Source of the DNA: an uncultured Clostridia bacterium
Lineage (GTDB): Bacteria > Bacillota > Clostridia > TANB77 > CAG-508
DNA: 64,000 nucleotides
Direction: 5' to 3'
Assembly (NCBI GenBank): GCA_947628825.1
Contig: CANRBH010000002.1
Span: forward strand, 8,626 to 72,625
This document shows positions 1 through 11,150 of the stretch, one piece after another; the first letter of the stretch is position 1; each line of letters begins with the position of its first letter. Below the pieces are notes generated by a model. The model was given only the letters and a program-made list of their open reading frames with translations. It searched no databases and was not told the origin of the DNA. The position numbers and the translations under genes are program-made.

Positions 1-450
1 GCAACAAGTCTTTTAGAAAAAGCAAAACAAAAAGGTGTAAAATTACTTTTACCAGTAGATAATAAAGTAGGAAAAGAATTTAGTGAAAATACAGAAAGCA
101 TGACAGTAAAATCTTCAGAAATACCAGATGGATGGCAAGGATTTGATATAGGTCCAGAAACAATAAAACTATATCAAGAAGAATTAAGACAAGCAAAAAC
201 AGTATTATGGAATGGACCAATTGGAGTATTTGAATTTGAGCAATTTGCAGTTGGAACAGTTGAAATTGCTAAAACTCTTGCAGAGTTAGATGATTGCACA
301 ACTATAATAGGAGGAGGAGACTCAGCTGCAGCAGTTGCAAAAGCAGGATTATCAGATAAAATGACACATATCTCAACTGGTGGAGGAGCTTCTTTAGAAT
401 TTATAGAAGGAAAAGTTTTACCAGGAATTGATTGCTTAGAAAACAAATAG
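1..450 (+). CDS. pgk: Phosphoglycerate kinase, C-terminal fragment (gene starts upstream of window)
   Basis: Frame 1 is open from base 1. [24 protein letters not shown] and [10 protein letters not shown] are Pgk C-domain motifs. Followed by tpiA and gpmI as in Firmicute glycolytic operons. Confidence 0.9.
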   Translation, partial: ATSLLEKAKQKGVKLLLPVDNKVGKEFSENTESMTVKSSEIPDGWQGFDIGPETIKLYQEELRQAKTVLWNGPIGVFEFEQFAVGTVEIAKTLAELDDCTTIIGGGDSAAAVAKAGLSDKMTHISTGGGASLEFIEGKVLPGIDCLENK

Positions 451-465
451 AAAGGTAAGTAAATT

Positions 466-1203
466 ATGAGAAGAACTATAATTGCAGGAAACTGGAAAAT
501 GAATATGCTACCAAATGAAGCTATTGAATATGTAAATACTCTAGCCCCACTTGTTAAAGATTCTAAAAATGAAGTTATAGTATGTGTTCCATATACAGAT
601 TTATTTTATACATTGCTTACAGTTCAAGAAACTAACATTCATGTTGGAGCACAAAATATGCATTGGGAAAAATCAGGAGCATATACAGGTGAAGTTTCAG
701 CAGAAATGTTAAAAGTAATAAACGTTGAATATGTTATAATAGGACATTCAGAAAGAAGACAATATTTTAATGAAACAGATGAAACTGTAAATTTGAAAGT
801 AAAATCAGCTTTAGCACAAGGATTAAAACCAATAGTATGTGTTGGAGAAACATTAGAGCAAAGAGAAAATGGCAAAACAATCGAGGTAATTACTTCTCAA
901 ACTGCAAAGGCTCTTGAAGGCTTGACAAAAGAAGATTTAGATAATATAATTATTGCTTACGAGCCTATATGGGCTATTGGAACAGGAAAGACTGCAACAG
1001 CAGAAGATGCTAATGAAAGCATCAAGGAAATTAGAAATGAAATAAAAAGAAAATTCGATACAGATGATATAAGCATTCTTTATGGTGGAAGTGTAAAACC
1101 GGAGAATGCAAAAGAACTATTTACAATGTCAGACATTGACGGAGGATTAGTGGGTGGTAGCAGCCTAAATGCACTTGATTTCAGTAAGATTGTAAACTTT
1201 TAA
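466..1203 (+). CDS. tpiA: Triosephosphate isomerase
   Basis: IAGNWKMN, GHSERR, AYEPIWAIGTG and YGGSV motifs; 245 aa; SD-like AAAGGTAAG upstream. Confidence 0.95.
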   Translation: MRRTIIAGNWKMNMLPNEAIEYVNTLAPLVKDSKNEVIVCVPYTDLFYTLLTVQETNIHVGAQNMHWEKSGAYTGEVSAEMLKVINVEYVIIGHSERRQYFNETDETVNLKVKSALAQGLKPIVCVGETLEQRENGKTIEVITSQTAKALEGLTKEDLDNIIIAYEPIWAIGTGKTATAEDANESIKEIRNEIKRKFDTDDISILYGGSVKPENAKELFTMSDIDGGLVGGSSLNALDFSKIVNF

Positions 1204-1321
1204 GTAATTTTAATTATACAAAAGATTACATTTGCTATTGAGAAAAACAAGTCACATGAAGATTATTAACAACTTATTGTGTGATTAACTTTAGGCGGAA
1301 GTGTAAAGAAAGAAGGTAAAA

Positions 1322-2854
1322 ATGAGTAAAGAACTTACAATGCTAGTTATACTAGATGGATTTGGAAAAAATCCAGAAAAGCTAGGTAACGCAGTCGCAA
1401 ATGCTAAAAAACCGAACATTGATGAACTTATGATGACATGTCCAACAGCAGAAATTAGAGCTAGTGGAGAAGCTGTAGGCTTACCAGAAGGACAAATGGG
1501 AAATTCAGAAGTAGGACATACTAATATAGGAGCAGGAAGAATTGTATATCAAGAATTAACAAGAATAACTAAATCAATTGAAGAAGGTGATTTCTTCAGC
1601 ATACCAGAACTTGTTGACGCAATTGAATGTTGCAAAGAAAAAGGTACAAAACTTCACATTATGGGACTACTTTCTGATGGAGGAGTTCACAGTCATGAAA
1701 GACATCTATACGGTTTACTAGAACTTGCTAAACGTAGAGATTTTGAAAATGTATTTATACATTGTTTTATGGATGGTAGAGATACTCTTCCTGCATCAGG
1801 AGAAGGATACATTCAAAAGCTAGAAGAAAAAATAGAAGAAAAAGGTGTTGGAAAAATTGCATCTATTTCAGGAAGATTTTATAGCATGGACAGAGATAAA
1901 AGATGGGAAAGAGTACAAAAATGCTATAATGCCTTAGTTTATGGAGAAGGAGAAAAAGCATCATCTCCAATTCAAGCAATAGAAAGCTCATATCAAAAAG
2001 AAACATTTGATGAGTTTGTAGAACCAACTGTAATATATAATGGTGAAAAGCCAGTAGCAACAATAGAAGATGGAGATTCAGTAATATTCTTTAATTTTAG
2101 ACCAGATAGGGCAAGACAAATTACAAGAGCATTAGTTGATCCTAAATTCAATGGATTCGAAACTAAAAAAATGAATTTAAATTTTGTATGTATGACACAA
2201 TATGACGAAACAATGCCAAACGTTAAAATTGCATTTAAGCCAGAATCTTTAAAAAATACATTTGGTGAGTATATAAGCAAAAAAGGATTAAAACAATTAA
2301 GAATAGCAGAAACTGAAAAATATGCACATGTAACATTTTTCTTCAATGGTGGAGAAGAAAAGCAATATCCAGGAGAAGATAGAATTTTAGTACCATCTCC
2401 AAAAGTAGAAACCTATGATATGAAGCCAGAGATGAGTGCATATGAAGTTACTGATAAAGTTGTTGAAGCAATAAATTCAGAAAAATATGACAGCATTATT
2501 CTAAACTTTGCAAATCCTGATATGGTAGGACATACTGGAAGTTTAGAGGCTGCTGAAAAAGCAATAGAAGCAGTTGATGAGTGTTTGGGAAAAATTATAA
2601 ATGCATTATCTAAACATAATGGAAAAGCTTTAATTACAGCAGACCATGGAAATGCAGAGCAAATGATAGATTATAAAACAGGAGAACCATTTACATCACA
2701 TACAACAAACCCAGTTCCAATAATTTTATATGGAATGGAAAATGTAAAAATAAAAGATGGAAAATTGGCAGACTTAGCTCCTACAATGCTAGATATGATG
2801 AATATTAAAAAGCCAGAAGAAATGACAGGAGAAAGCTTGCTTGTAAGGGAATAG
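1322..2854 (+). CDS. gpmI: 2,3-bisphosphoglycerate-independent phosphoglycerate mutase
   Basis: 510 aa; [20 protein letters not shown] and ADHGNAE iPGM motifs. Confidence 0.95.
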   Translation: MSKELTMLVILDGFGKNPEKLGNAVANAKKPNIDELMMTCPTAEIRASGEAVGLPEGQMGNSEVGHTNIGAGRIVYQELTRITKSIEEGDFFSIPELVDAIECCKEKGTKLHIMGLLSDGGVHSHERHLYGLLELAKRRDFENVFIHCFMDGRDTLPASGEGYIQKLEEKIEEKGVGKIASISGRFYSMDRDKRWERVQKCYNALVYGEGEKASSPIQAIESSYQKETFDEFVEPTVIYNGEKPVATIEDGDSVIFFNFRPDRARQITRALVDPKFNGFETKKMNLNFVCMTQYDETMPNVKIAFKPESLKNTFGEYISKKGLKQLRIAETEKYAHVTFFFNGGEEKQYPGEDRILVPSPKVETYDMKPEMSAYEVTDKVVEAINSEKYDSIILNFANPDMVGHTGSLEAAEKAIEAVDECLGKIINALSKHNGKALITADHGNAEQMIDYKTGEPFTSHTTNPVPIILYGMENVKIKDGKLADLAPTMLDMMNIKKPEEMTGESLLVRE

Positions 2855-2867
2855 TGAGGTAATAACT

Positions 2868-3416
2868 TTGCAAAATGAATTAAGAAAAGTTTGTAAAGAA
2901 ATATATAATTCTTTAATAAAGCTAATACCAGAAAAATGGGAAAAGATTTGTTTATATGAGAGTATACCAGAAGATTTCAAAGGGGAAATGTATTTTTACT
3001 ATTTCCCCAAGAAACTCATTAAGGCAAAACCAATAAATTGCTACGAAATTGCTAGCAAATTTGGTGCAGATGAAAATACATATAATGATGAACTTTCTAA
3101 ATTATATAAGAAAGTAAAGAAATTAAAACAAATAGTAAAAACTCCATGGACTAATATAACAATTATTATAGAAAAAAATCTTTTTACAGCAGAATTTCAT
3201 TTTGATAATATTATAAATTCGAAATATTCTGATGAACAAAGACATATAATTTGGTGTTACAAATATTTAAAATTACCACTAGACAGCTTAAACAAGAAAG
3301 AACAAAATTTAATACTTGGATACAAGGAAGAAACAAGAATAAAACCAGCAATATTTATAGAAGAAATAAAAAATTTAGAACTTCAAGAAATAACAAATCA
3401 GATACTTAAAGTTTAA
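2868..3416 (+). CDS. YezG/DUF600-like immunity (antitoxin) protein, TTG start
   Basis: LIPEKWEKICLYE..EMYFYYFPKK...PWTNITIIIEK..FHFD...SDEQRHIIWCYKYL matches the YezG/DUF600 pattern. GTGAGGT SD lies 7 nt before the TTG. Confidence 0.65.
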   Translation: MQNELRKVCKEIYNSLIKLIPEKWEKICLYESIPEDFKGEMYFYYFPKKLIKAKPINCYEIASKFGADENTYNDELSKLYKKVKKLKQIVKTPWTNITIIIEKNLFTAEFHFDNIINSKYSDEQRHIIWCYKYLKLPLDSLNKKEQNLILGYKEETRIKPAIFIEEIKNLELQEITNQILKV

Positions 3417-3439
3417 TATAGAAAAGGAGTGTTAATAAT

Positions 3440-4132
3440 ATGAACTATTCAAAAGAAGTAGAAAATATGTGCGTAGTAAAGAAAGGTGTAGACCACGGAC
3501 CAGCACCAATTCCAGAGGAAGGAAAATGGGTTAAAGCTAAAGAAATAAAAGATATATCAGGTTTTACTCATGGTATAGGTTGGTGTGCTCCTCAACAAGG
3601 ATGCTGCAAACTTACACTTAATGTAAAAGATGGAATAATAGAAGAAGCTTTAGTTGAAACCATAGGTTGTTCAGGAATGACACATTCAGCAGCTATGGCT
3701 GGAGAAATATTAGTAGGAAAGACTATATTAGAAGCATTAAATACTGATTTAGTATGTGATGCTATAAATACTGCTATGAGAGAATTATTTTTACAAATAG
3801 TCTATGGAAGAAGTCAATCAGCATTTTCAGAAGGAGGCCTAGCAATAGGAGCAGGACTTGAAGATTTAGGAAAAGGACATAGAAGCCAAGTAGGTACTAT
3901 ATATTCAAGTAAGCTAAAAGGACCAAGATATCTAGAACTTGCTGAAGGATACATAACAGAAGTAGGATTAGATAGCGACAATCAAATTATTGGATATAAA
4001 TATGTAAATTTAGGCAAAATGATGGATGGAATTAAAAAGGGAGTAGACCTTATGGAAGCAATAGAAAAAGCTTCAGGTACATATGGAAGATTTGATGAAG
4101 CTGTTAAAAAGATAGATCCAAGACAAGAATAA
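3440..4132 (+). CDS. NifU/IscU-like scaffold-domain protein (usual partner of GGGtGRT genes)
   Basis: Cys-containing CAPQQGCCKL and IGCSGMTHSAAMAGE segments; directly precedes a GGGtGRT gene. Confidence 0.55.
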   Translation: MNYSKEVENMCVVKKGVDHGPAPIPEEGKWVKAKEIKDISGFTHGIGWCAPQQGCCKLTLNVKDGIIEEALVETIGCSGMTHSAAMAGEILVGKTILEALNTDLVCDAINTAMRELFLQIVYGRSQSAFSEGGLAIGAGLEDLGKGHRSQVGTIYSSKLKGPRYLELAEGYITEVGLDSDNQIIGYKYVNLGKMMDGIKKGVDLMEAIEKASGTYGRFDEAVKKIDPRQE

Positions 4133-4169
4133 TTATATAAAGAAAATTATTAGAAAGGAAAAAATAATT

Positions 4170-5172
4170 ATGGCAGTAACATTTGAAAGTTATGAAAGAA
4201 GAATAGATCAAATAAAACCAGTAATGGAGAAATATGGAATAAAAGATTTTGAAGATGCTCTTGAAATATGTAAGCAAAAAGGATTTAATCCTTATGAAAT
4301 GGTAAGAGAAGTTCAACCAATTTGCTTTGAAAATGCATGTTGGGCTTATACTTTAGGAGCAGCAATAGCTATAAAAAAAGGTTGCACAAAAGCACAAGAT
4401 GCAGCAAAAGCAATAGGAGAAGGCTTACAAGCTTTTTGTATACCAGGTTCTGTTGCAGATGACAGAAAAGTTGGATTAGGACATGGAAATCTAGCTTCAA
4501 TGCTCCTTAGTGAAGATACAAAATGCTTTGCATTTTTAGCAGGACATGAAAGCTTTGCGGCAGCAGAAGGAGCAATAGGAATTGCAAAATCTGCAAACAA
4601 AGTTAGAAAAGAGCCTTTAAGAGTTATATTAAATGGACTTGGAAAAGATGCAGCACAAGTAATTTCAAGAATAAATGGATTTACATATGTAAGAACAGAA
4701 TTTGACTTTTTCACAGGAAAAGTGAATGTAGTTGAAGAAATTGCATATTCAAATGGAGAAAGAGCTAAAGTAAGATGCTATGGAGCAAATGATGTTAGAG
4801 AAGGTGTAGCAATAATGCACTTAGAAGATGTTGATGTTTCAATCACAGGAAACTCAACAAACCCAACTAGATTCCAACATCCAGTAGCAGGTACATATAA
4901 AAAAGAAAGATTAGAACAAGGAAAGAAATATTTTTCAGTAGCATCTGGTGGAGGAACAGGAAGAACATTACATCCAGATAATATGGCAGCAGGTCCTGCA
5001 TCATATGGTATGACTGATACAATGGGAAGAATGCATTCAGATGCACAATTTGCAGGTTCTTCTTCAGTTCCAGCACACGTTGAAATGATGGGATTGATAG
5101 GCATGCGGAAATAACCCAATGGTTGGAGCAACTGTTCAAATAGCAGTAGCTGTTGAAGAAGCTATGAAATAG
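4170..5172 (+). CDS. GGGtGRT family protein; conserved C-terminal tail only reachable by a +1 shift at CGG-A (5106-5109)
   Basis: Eponymous SGGGTGRTLHPDN motif. The zero frame stops at 5114 (..GLIGMRK*). The +1 frame continues GNNPMVGATVQIAVAVEEAMK* to 5172. Confidence 0.75.
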
Positions 5173-5328
5173 CAGTTTATAACGTTTTTTATGAAAATTA
5201 TAAATTGATAAAAGTCAATAAAAATTTGCCGACTGCCCACCATTTGTCCACAAAAAATAAAATGCCTACCTATTTTGGTGGGCAATTTTTTACATTCTAA
5301 AATTTATATAAAAGCTTTATTATTTATA

Positions 5329-6024
5329 CTAACTTGCTTTTCCAACTCTCCAAGAAATTTTAGATACCATGTTATTTTCTATTTCAAATGTCAAAATTGT
5401 AGCATTGTCTTCAATAGAAGCATATCCATTTATGTAAGGCGGACACATATATACATATCTTATAATATAGCTATTTTCAGATTTTAAAGATGTTTCATAA
5501 GCATAGAAAATAGCTTCTTTTGTTTTTACAGTATTTAAATTATATATATTAAAATTACCATATATATATTTACCAATTATTTTCTCCTCAGAAGAATATG
5601 CATAATTATCTTCATCTGTAGAGCTTTCTTTATAAAAAATTTCCGTAACCTTATTAACATCATCTCCAATAGATATTCCTTTAAAACTATAATTTGGAGA
5701 TTGTAAAATAAGTTCAGTTAATTTGTTATTTGAAAATAAAGCAGTACAATCTTTATAAGTTAATACTTTTATTATATCTCCTGTATCTTCATTTGTTGAA
5801 GTGTTTTCATTGGTAGGACTTCCAAGAACAGAAATTACATATTCTTTGGAAGCATTATAATATAGTTTTTCCTCTTTTAAATCAGCAATACTAAACTTAG
5901 AAGTAATATGAGAATGTGAAGGTAAATAATAATTTTTATAATAATAGTTATATCCAAAGAAAAAAGATAAAGCTATAAATAAAATTAATAAAAGCCAAAA
6001 AATAATATCTTTTTTTACTTTCAT
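5329..6024 (-). CDS. Membrane-anchored hypothetical protein
   Basis: ATG at 6024 lies 14 nt after AGGAGG. N-terminal TM helix IIFWLLLILFIALSFFFGY. The longer track ORF (to 6162) runs through a tRNA gene. Confidence 0.6.
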   Translation of the reverse strand: MKVKKDIIFWLLLILFIALSFFFGYNYYYKNYYLPSHSHITSKFSIADLKEEKLYYNASKEYVISVLGSPTNENTSTNEDTGDIIKVLTYKDCTALFSNNKLTELILQSPNYSFKGISIGDDVNKVTEIFYKESSTDEDNYAYSSEEKIIGKYIYGNFNIYNLNTVKTKEAIFYAYETSLKSENSYIIRYVYMCPPYINGYASIEDNATILTFEIENNMVSKISWRVGKAS

Positions 6025-6085
6025 AATTATAGCAAAACCTCCTATAAAGTAATTCTTATAAAATATGTAAAAGTTCTTATTAATA

Positions 6086-6161
6086 TGGTTGGGGTACTGT
6101 GATTCGAACACAGGAAATGTCGGAGTCAGAGTCCGATGCCTTACCGCTTGGCTATACCCCA
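6086..6161 (-). tRNA. tRNA-Gln (anticodon CUG), CCA encoded
   Basis: Reverse complement is TGGGGTATAGCCAAGCGGTAAGGCA TCGGA CTCTGAC TCCGA ... CTGTG TTCGAAT CACAG TACCCCA A CCA; hand-folded cloverleaf. Confidence 0.85.
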
Positions 6162-6491
6162 ATATAAAGCTATACTGTATTTTAACATAAAATTTAAAAA
6201 TTTACAACAAATATAAAAATAAATTTTTATAAAAGATATTGACAAATAATGGAAAAGAATGTATAATAGATTTATATTAAGAAAAATATTTATAAATAAC
6301 AAGTAAATATGGGGGCAAATTTCTTTTATAGGAAAAGTGTATCCATATTTATTTTTTGCATTATAGAAAAGTTAGTTCTCACTAAACAAAAATTTGACTT
6401 AAATTTTTTAGATTTTATTTTTATTGAAATAAAACTTGAAAAAATATATAATTAAAATAATAAAAAAGTTAAAGGAATAAAAGTAATAAAA

Positions 6492-7172
6492 ATGAAAAAA
6501 AAGTATAAAATATTATTTATGATAATATCAATTATAATAACTATTTTAATTTTAATAGCATTAATAATAAATGCAATGATTATATCAAAAACTAAAAATA
6601 AAATCATATCGGAAGAAGATGCAATACAGGAACAATTTGATTGCATTTTAATTCTAGGAGCAGGAGTATGGGGCAATAGTCCTTCACCAATGCTAGAAGA
6701 TAGACTTTTAGAAGGAATAAGTTTATATGAAAAAGGTGCTTCAAATAAAATAATTATGAGTGGTGACCATAGCAGAGCAGATTATGACGAGGTAAATGTA
6801 ATGAAAAAATTTGCAATGGATAAAGGAATAAAATCAGAAGACATTTTTATGGATCATGCAGGGCTTTCAACATATGATAGTTTGTATAGAGCAAAAGAAA
6901 TTTTTGAAGCGAATAAAATTTTAATCGTAACACAAGAATATCATTTACCAAGAGCTCTATACATTGCAGAAAGCTTAGGAATAGAAGCTTATGGAGTAAA
7001 GGCAAATCCTAGAGAATATGCAGGACAAACAATGCGAAACATAAGAGAAATAGTAGCAAGAGTTAAAGATTTTTTGATGTGCATTTTAAAACCTAAACCA
7101 GCATTTTTAGGAGAAAAAATCCCTATTACAGGAAATGGGGATATAACAAATGATAAAGAACTTAATCGTTGA
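6492..7172 (+). CDS. SanA/YdcF (DUF218) family membrane protein
   Basis: N-terminal TM helix, then ILGAGVWGNSPSPMLEDRL...MSGDH...DHAGLSTYDS pattern of the SanA/DUF218 family. Confidence 0.75.
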   Translation: MKKKYKILFMIISIIITILILIALIINAMIISKTKNKIISEEDAIQEQFDCILILGAGVWGNSPSPMLEDRLLEGISLYEKGASNKIIMSGDHSRADYDEVNVMKKFAMDKGIKSEDIFMDHAGLSTYDSLYRAKEIFEANKILIVTQEYHLPRALYIAESLGIEAYGVKANPREYAGQTMRNIREIVARVKDFLMCILKPKPAFLGEKIPITGNGDITNDKELNR

Positions 7173-7358
7173 TACAAAAAAGATTATTTATAAAAGTGAA
7201 TAATAAATTAAAAAATGAATAAAATTAGTAGTAGAAATATAACAAAAAGGAGGACAAGACCATTTTTTGCTTAGGATGTTTTATAGGAATAATATTAGGA
7301 GCAAATATTGCAATAATGTTGTATGCATGTATTTTAGTAGGAAAAAAAGGAGATCAAA

Positions 7359-8150
7359 ATGGACAAAGTAGTGGAATTAACCAAGTCGCAGAAAGATGAA
7401 GACAAGCTTCTAATTGCAAAAGTATTGGATAAATTAAAATTAGTTCAAGCCAGAAATAGATTTGAAAATACTGACTTTTTAGATTTAGCTCAAAAGGCTA
7501 CGATTCAAGAAATTTTAACAAAAAGAAAAGAGTCAAATTATGAATTTTATGGAGGATTTAAACAAGCAGAAAGAACAATGCTTGTATTATTTCCTTATAC
7601 ATATAGTGAAAATAAAATATATAATCAAATAATGTCAGTAATAAGAATAACTCTGCCAAAAGAACAATGGGGAAAATATGAACACAAGACATATCTTGGA
7701 GCTATAATGAAGCTTGGTGTAAAAAGAGAAAAAGTTGGAGACATAATAGTTAGAGATGATGGATCAGATATAATAATATCCAAGGATATTGAAAAATTTC
7801 TGCTAAATAGTTTAAATGGCTTAGTAAGATTTCAAAAATCTAATATTGAAAAAATTGATATTGAAGATATAAATTTTGTAGAGAAAGAAAAACAGATAAT
7901 TAAAATAAATGTACCATCAATGAGGCTAGATGCAATAGTTGGAGAACTTGCAAAAGTATCTAGGAATGATGCTAATATCTACATAAATCAAGAAAGAGTT
8001 TTTGTTAACTTTAAACAAGAAATTAGAAATTCTATACAAGTTGAAGAAGAAGCAATAATAACAATAAGAGGAAAAGGAAGATTTACAATCTCTAAAATAT
8101 TAGGAGAAACAAGAAGTGGTAGGATAAATTTAGAAATTCAAAAATGGTAA
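7359..8150 (+). CDS. ylmH: YlmH-like S4-domain RNA-binding protein
   Basis: 263 aa; C-terminal S4-like segment MRLDAIVGELAKVSRNDANIYINQERVFVNF. Confidence 0.65.
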   Translation: MDKVVELTKSQKDEDKLLIAKVLDKLKLVQARNRFENTDFLDLAQKATIQEILTKRKESNYEFYGGFKQAERTMLVLFPYTYSENKIYNQIMSVIRITLPKEQWGKYEHKTYLGAIMKLGVKREKVGDIIVRDDGSDIIISKDIEKFLLNSLNGLVRFQKSNIEKIDIEDINFVEKEKQIIKINVPSMRLDAIVGELAKVSRNDANIYINQERVFVNFKQEIRNSIQVEEEAIITIRGKGRFTISKILGETRSGRINLEIQKW

Positions 8151-8213
8151 AAAAAGAATAAAAATAAAATAATAGGCAATAATTTCATAAAAAACAAGAA
8201 AGGATAATTTTTT

Positions 8214-9476
8214 ATGAAAGAGATGCCTATTAAAAAAATTGAAGCAAGCCAAATTTTTGATTCAAGAGGAAACCCAACTGTTGAAGTTAAGGTGACATTA
8301 GAAGATGGAAGTGAAGGAATAAGTATGGTGCCATCAGGAGCATCAACAGGAACATATGAAGCGGTTGAATTAAGAGATGCAGACTTTCAAGAATATAATG
8401 GATATGGTGTAACAAGAGCAGTTGATAATGTTAATAAAAAAATAGCCAAAATATTAGTAGGAAAAAATGCTTATAATCAAATAAAAATAGATGAAAAAAT
8501 GATTAAGTTAGATGGAACTACTAATAAATCAAAGTTAGGAGCAAATGCCATTTTAGGAGTTTCATTAGCGGTTGCAAGAGCATCGGCTAATAGTTTAAAC
8601 ATGCCTTTATATAGGTATATAGGAGGTATGGCTGGAAACACCATACCACTTCCAATGATGAATATTTTAAATGGAGGAAAACATTCAGGTAATAACTTAA
8701 ATATTCAAGAATTTATGATAGTACCAGTTGGAGCAAATAGTTTTAAAGAATGTATGCAAATGTGTACAGAAATCTATCATGTACTAAAAGAGATTTTAAA
8801 ACAAAAAGATTTATCTACTTCAGTTGGAGATGAAGGTGGTTTTGCACCAAACTTAGAGAGTGATGAACAAGCAATAGAGCTTATTATTGATGCTATAGAA
8901 ATGGCAGGATATAAAAAAGATAAAGATGTAAAAATAGCGCTAGATGTTGCAAGTTCAGAAATGAGAGAAGCAGCAAAAAAAATTGAAAAAGAAGGATACT
9001 ATTTTTGGAAGACTAAAGAATATAAAACAAAATCAGAAATGATTGAGTATATTATTAAATTAACTGATAAATATCCAATAATGTCAGTAGAAGATGGTTT
9101 AGCAGAAGAAGACTGGAAGGATTGGAAAGAACTCACAAGCAAAATAGGAAAAGATGTTGATTTAGTTGGAGATGATTTATTTGTTACAAATAGAAAAAGA
9201 TTAGAAAAAGGAATAAAGCAAAAGGTAGCAAATTCAATACTAATTAAACCTAATCAAATAGGAACATTAACAGAAACTTTAGAAACAATTAAACTTGCTA
9301 AGCAAAATGGCTATAAAACAATAATATCTCACAGGTCCGGAGAAACTGAAGATACATTCATTGCAGATTTAGCAGTTGCAGTAAATGCAGGGCAAGTTAA
9401 AATGGGTGCACCGTGCCGAAGTGAAAGAGTGGCTAAATATAATAGAATATTAAACATAGAAGAAGAATTAGAATAA
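8214..9476 (+). CDS. eno: Enolase
   Basis: [30 protein letters not shown] and SHRSGETED motifs. The R of SHRSGETED is encoded by AGG. Confidence 0.95.
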   Translation: MKEMPIKKIEASQIFDSRGNPTVEVKVTLEDGSEGISMVPSGASTGTYEAVELRDADFQEYNGYGVTRAVDNVNKKIAKILVGKNAYNQIKIDEKMIKLDGTTNKSKLGANAILGVSLAVARASANSLNMPLYRYIGGMAGNTIPLPMMNILNGGKHSGNNLNIQEFMIVPVGANSFKECMQMCTEIYHVLKEILKQKDLSTSVGDEGGFAPNLESDEQAIELIIDAIEMAGYKKDKDVKIALDVASSEMREAAKKIEKEGYYFWKTKEYKTKSEMIEYIIKLTDKYPIMSVEDGLAEEDWKDWKELTSKIGKDVDLVGDDLFVTNRKRLEKGIKQKVANSILIKPNQIGTLTETLETIKLAKQNGYKTIISHRSGETEDTFIADLAVAVNAGQVKMGAPCRSERVAKYNRILNIEEELE

Positions 9477-9636
9477 GAGACATCTATAAAAAAACAATTA
9501 AAGTAAAAAACTTGAAAAATAGCCTAAAAGATAGTATAATGGATAAGTAAAAAATTAAATATTAGTATGATAGATGAGAAAAAAAGAATAATGATAGATA
9601 AAAAAATAGAATAGTAAATGAAAGGTAAAATAAAAA

Positions 9637-11088
9637 ATGAAAGTCCATTTTATAAGCTTAGGTTGTAAAACTAATCAATATGAAACTAATGCTATGGAAC
9701 AAAGTTTTATAAAAAAGGGATATGAGATAGTATCTAAAGAAGACAGGGCAGATATATATATAATAAATACTTGTAGTGTAACAAATATTGCCGAAAGAAA
9801 GTCAAGACAAATGCTAAGAAGAGCAAAACAACTTAATCCAGATGCAATCATTATCGCATCTGGATGTTATGCACAAGTAGCAAAAAAAGAAATAGAAAAA
9901 ATTAAAGAAGTTGATTTGATACTTGGGATAAATGAAAAAAATAATATAGTAGAGATTGTTGAAAACTATATAGAAGAAAAAAATAAATATAAAAATAAAA
10001 GTGAAAATGATAATAACAAAGATAGAGTTAATGAAAATTATAACCAAATAAAAACAAAAGAAATTATAACAGATGTAATGCATCACGACAAATACGAGGA
10101 ATTCGGTATTACAACTTATACAGAAGAAAGTAGAGCAGTAATAAAAATTCAAGACGGATGTGATAGATTTTGCACGTATTGCATAATTCCTTATGCAAGA
10201 GGAAAAGTAAGAAGTAGAAATCCAGAAAATATCATAGCGGAGATAAAAGAAGTTGCAAAAAAAGGAATAAAAGAAGTAGTATTAACTGGAATACATATTG
10301 CATCTTATGGAAAGGATTTTGATGAAAATAAAGTAAAGGAATTTAGAAAAAAATATAATTATAGTGAAGACTACGAAAAATTCAATCCTAAAGATGATTT
10401 ACATACAGGTGGTTTTAGATTCATTGAACTATTAGAACAAATTAACAAAATAGATGAGATAAAAAGAGTAAGACTTGGTTCAATAGAACCAAAACTAATT
10501 AACGAAGATTTTGTAAAAAGATTAGTAAAATTAGATAAAATTTGCAATCATTTTCATTTATCTTTACAGAGTGGATGTGATGAAACTTTAGATAGAATGA
10601 ATAGAAGATATACTACAAAAGAATTTGGAAATTCATGCAAATTATTAAGAGATAATTTTAATGATTTAATGCTTACAACTGACATAATAGTTGGCTTTCC
10701 AGGTGAAACAGATAAGGAATTTGAGAAAACATATAAATTTTTAGAGAAGATCAAATTTTATAAAATGCATATTTTCAAATATTCACCTAAAAAGGGAACT
10801 AAAGCAGAAAAAATGGATAATCAAGTTGATGGAAATATAAAAGAACAAAGAAGTCAAAAACTTATAGAATTATCAGACAAAAATGAAATAGAATACAATA
10901 AAAATTTATTAAATAAAAAAATTTCTGTTCTATTTGAAGAACAGGACAATGAAGGATATTATAAAGGACACACTTCAAATTATATTTTAGTAAAAGTTAA
11001 GACAAATGAAGATTTACAAAATAAGATAAAAACAGTTTTAATAAATAAAGCAGAGGGAAAAGATTTAATAGGAGAAATAGTACACTAA
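9637..11088 (+). CDS. mtaB: tRNA methylthiotransferase, MtaB-like radical SAM enzyme
   Basis: N-terminal MTTase domain (LGCKTNQYE, NTCSVT), CDRFCTYC radical-SAM cluster and C-terminal TRAM-like region. Carries a K/N-rich insertion at ~aa 110-150. Confidence 0.8.
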   Translation: MKVHFISLGCKTNQYETNAMEQSFIKKGYEIVSKEDRADIYIINTCSVTNIAERKSRQMLRRAKQLNPDAIIIASGCYAQVAKKEIEKIKEVDLILGINEKNNIVEIVENYIEEKNKYKNKSENDNNKDRVNENYNQIKTKEIITDVMHHDKYEEFGITTYTEESRAVIKIQDGCDRFCTYCIIPYARGKVRSRNPENIIAEIKEVAKKGIKEVVLTGIHIASYGKDFDENKVKEFRKKYNYSEDYEKFNPKDDLHTGGFRFIELLEQINKIDEIKRVRLGSIEPKLINEDFVKRLVKLDKICNHFHLSLQSGCDETLDRMNRRYTTKEFGNSCKLLRDNFNDLMLTTDIIVGFPGETDKEFEKTYKFLEKIKFYKMHIFKYSPKKGTKAEKMDNQVDGNIKEQRSQKLIELSDKNEIEYNKNLLNKKISVLFEEQDNEGYYKGHTSNYILVKVKTNEDLQNKIKTVLINKAEGKDLIGEIVH

Positions 11089-11150
11089 AAAATAAAAGAA
11101 TACAATAAGAAAAATAGAATTTTAAGAAAAATGTTTATTAGGAGAGTAAT

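Noticed and set aside
5233-5283. TGCCCACCA ... TGGTGGGCA inverted repeat after the GGGtGRT gene, considered as a terminator.
   Set aside because: The loop of ~33 nt is too long for a classical intrinsic terminator. It may still act as a weak bidirectional stop between convergent genes, but that is not supportable from sequence alone.
5329-6162. Track ORF of 277 aa on the minus strand extending to 6162.
   Set aside because: Its first 46 codons run through the tRNA-Gln(CUG) gene (6086-6161). A proper AGGAGG-ATG start exists at 6024..
8214-9476. Possibility that AGG is reassigned (for example to Met) in this organism, which would explain the AGG starts.
   Set aside because: The invariant Arg of the enolase SHRSGETED motif and Arg positions in the AlaRS-like gene are encoded by AGG, so AGG is Arg in elongation. 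The anomaly is confined to initiation in prophage genes.
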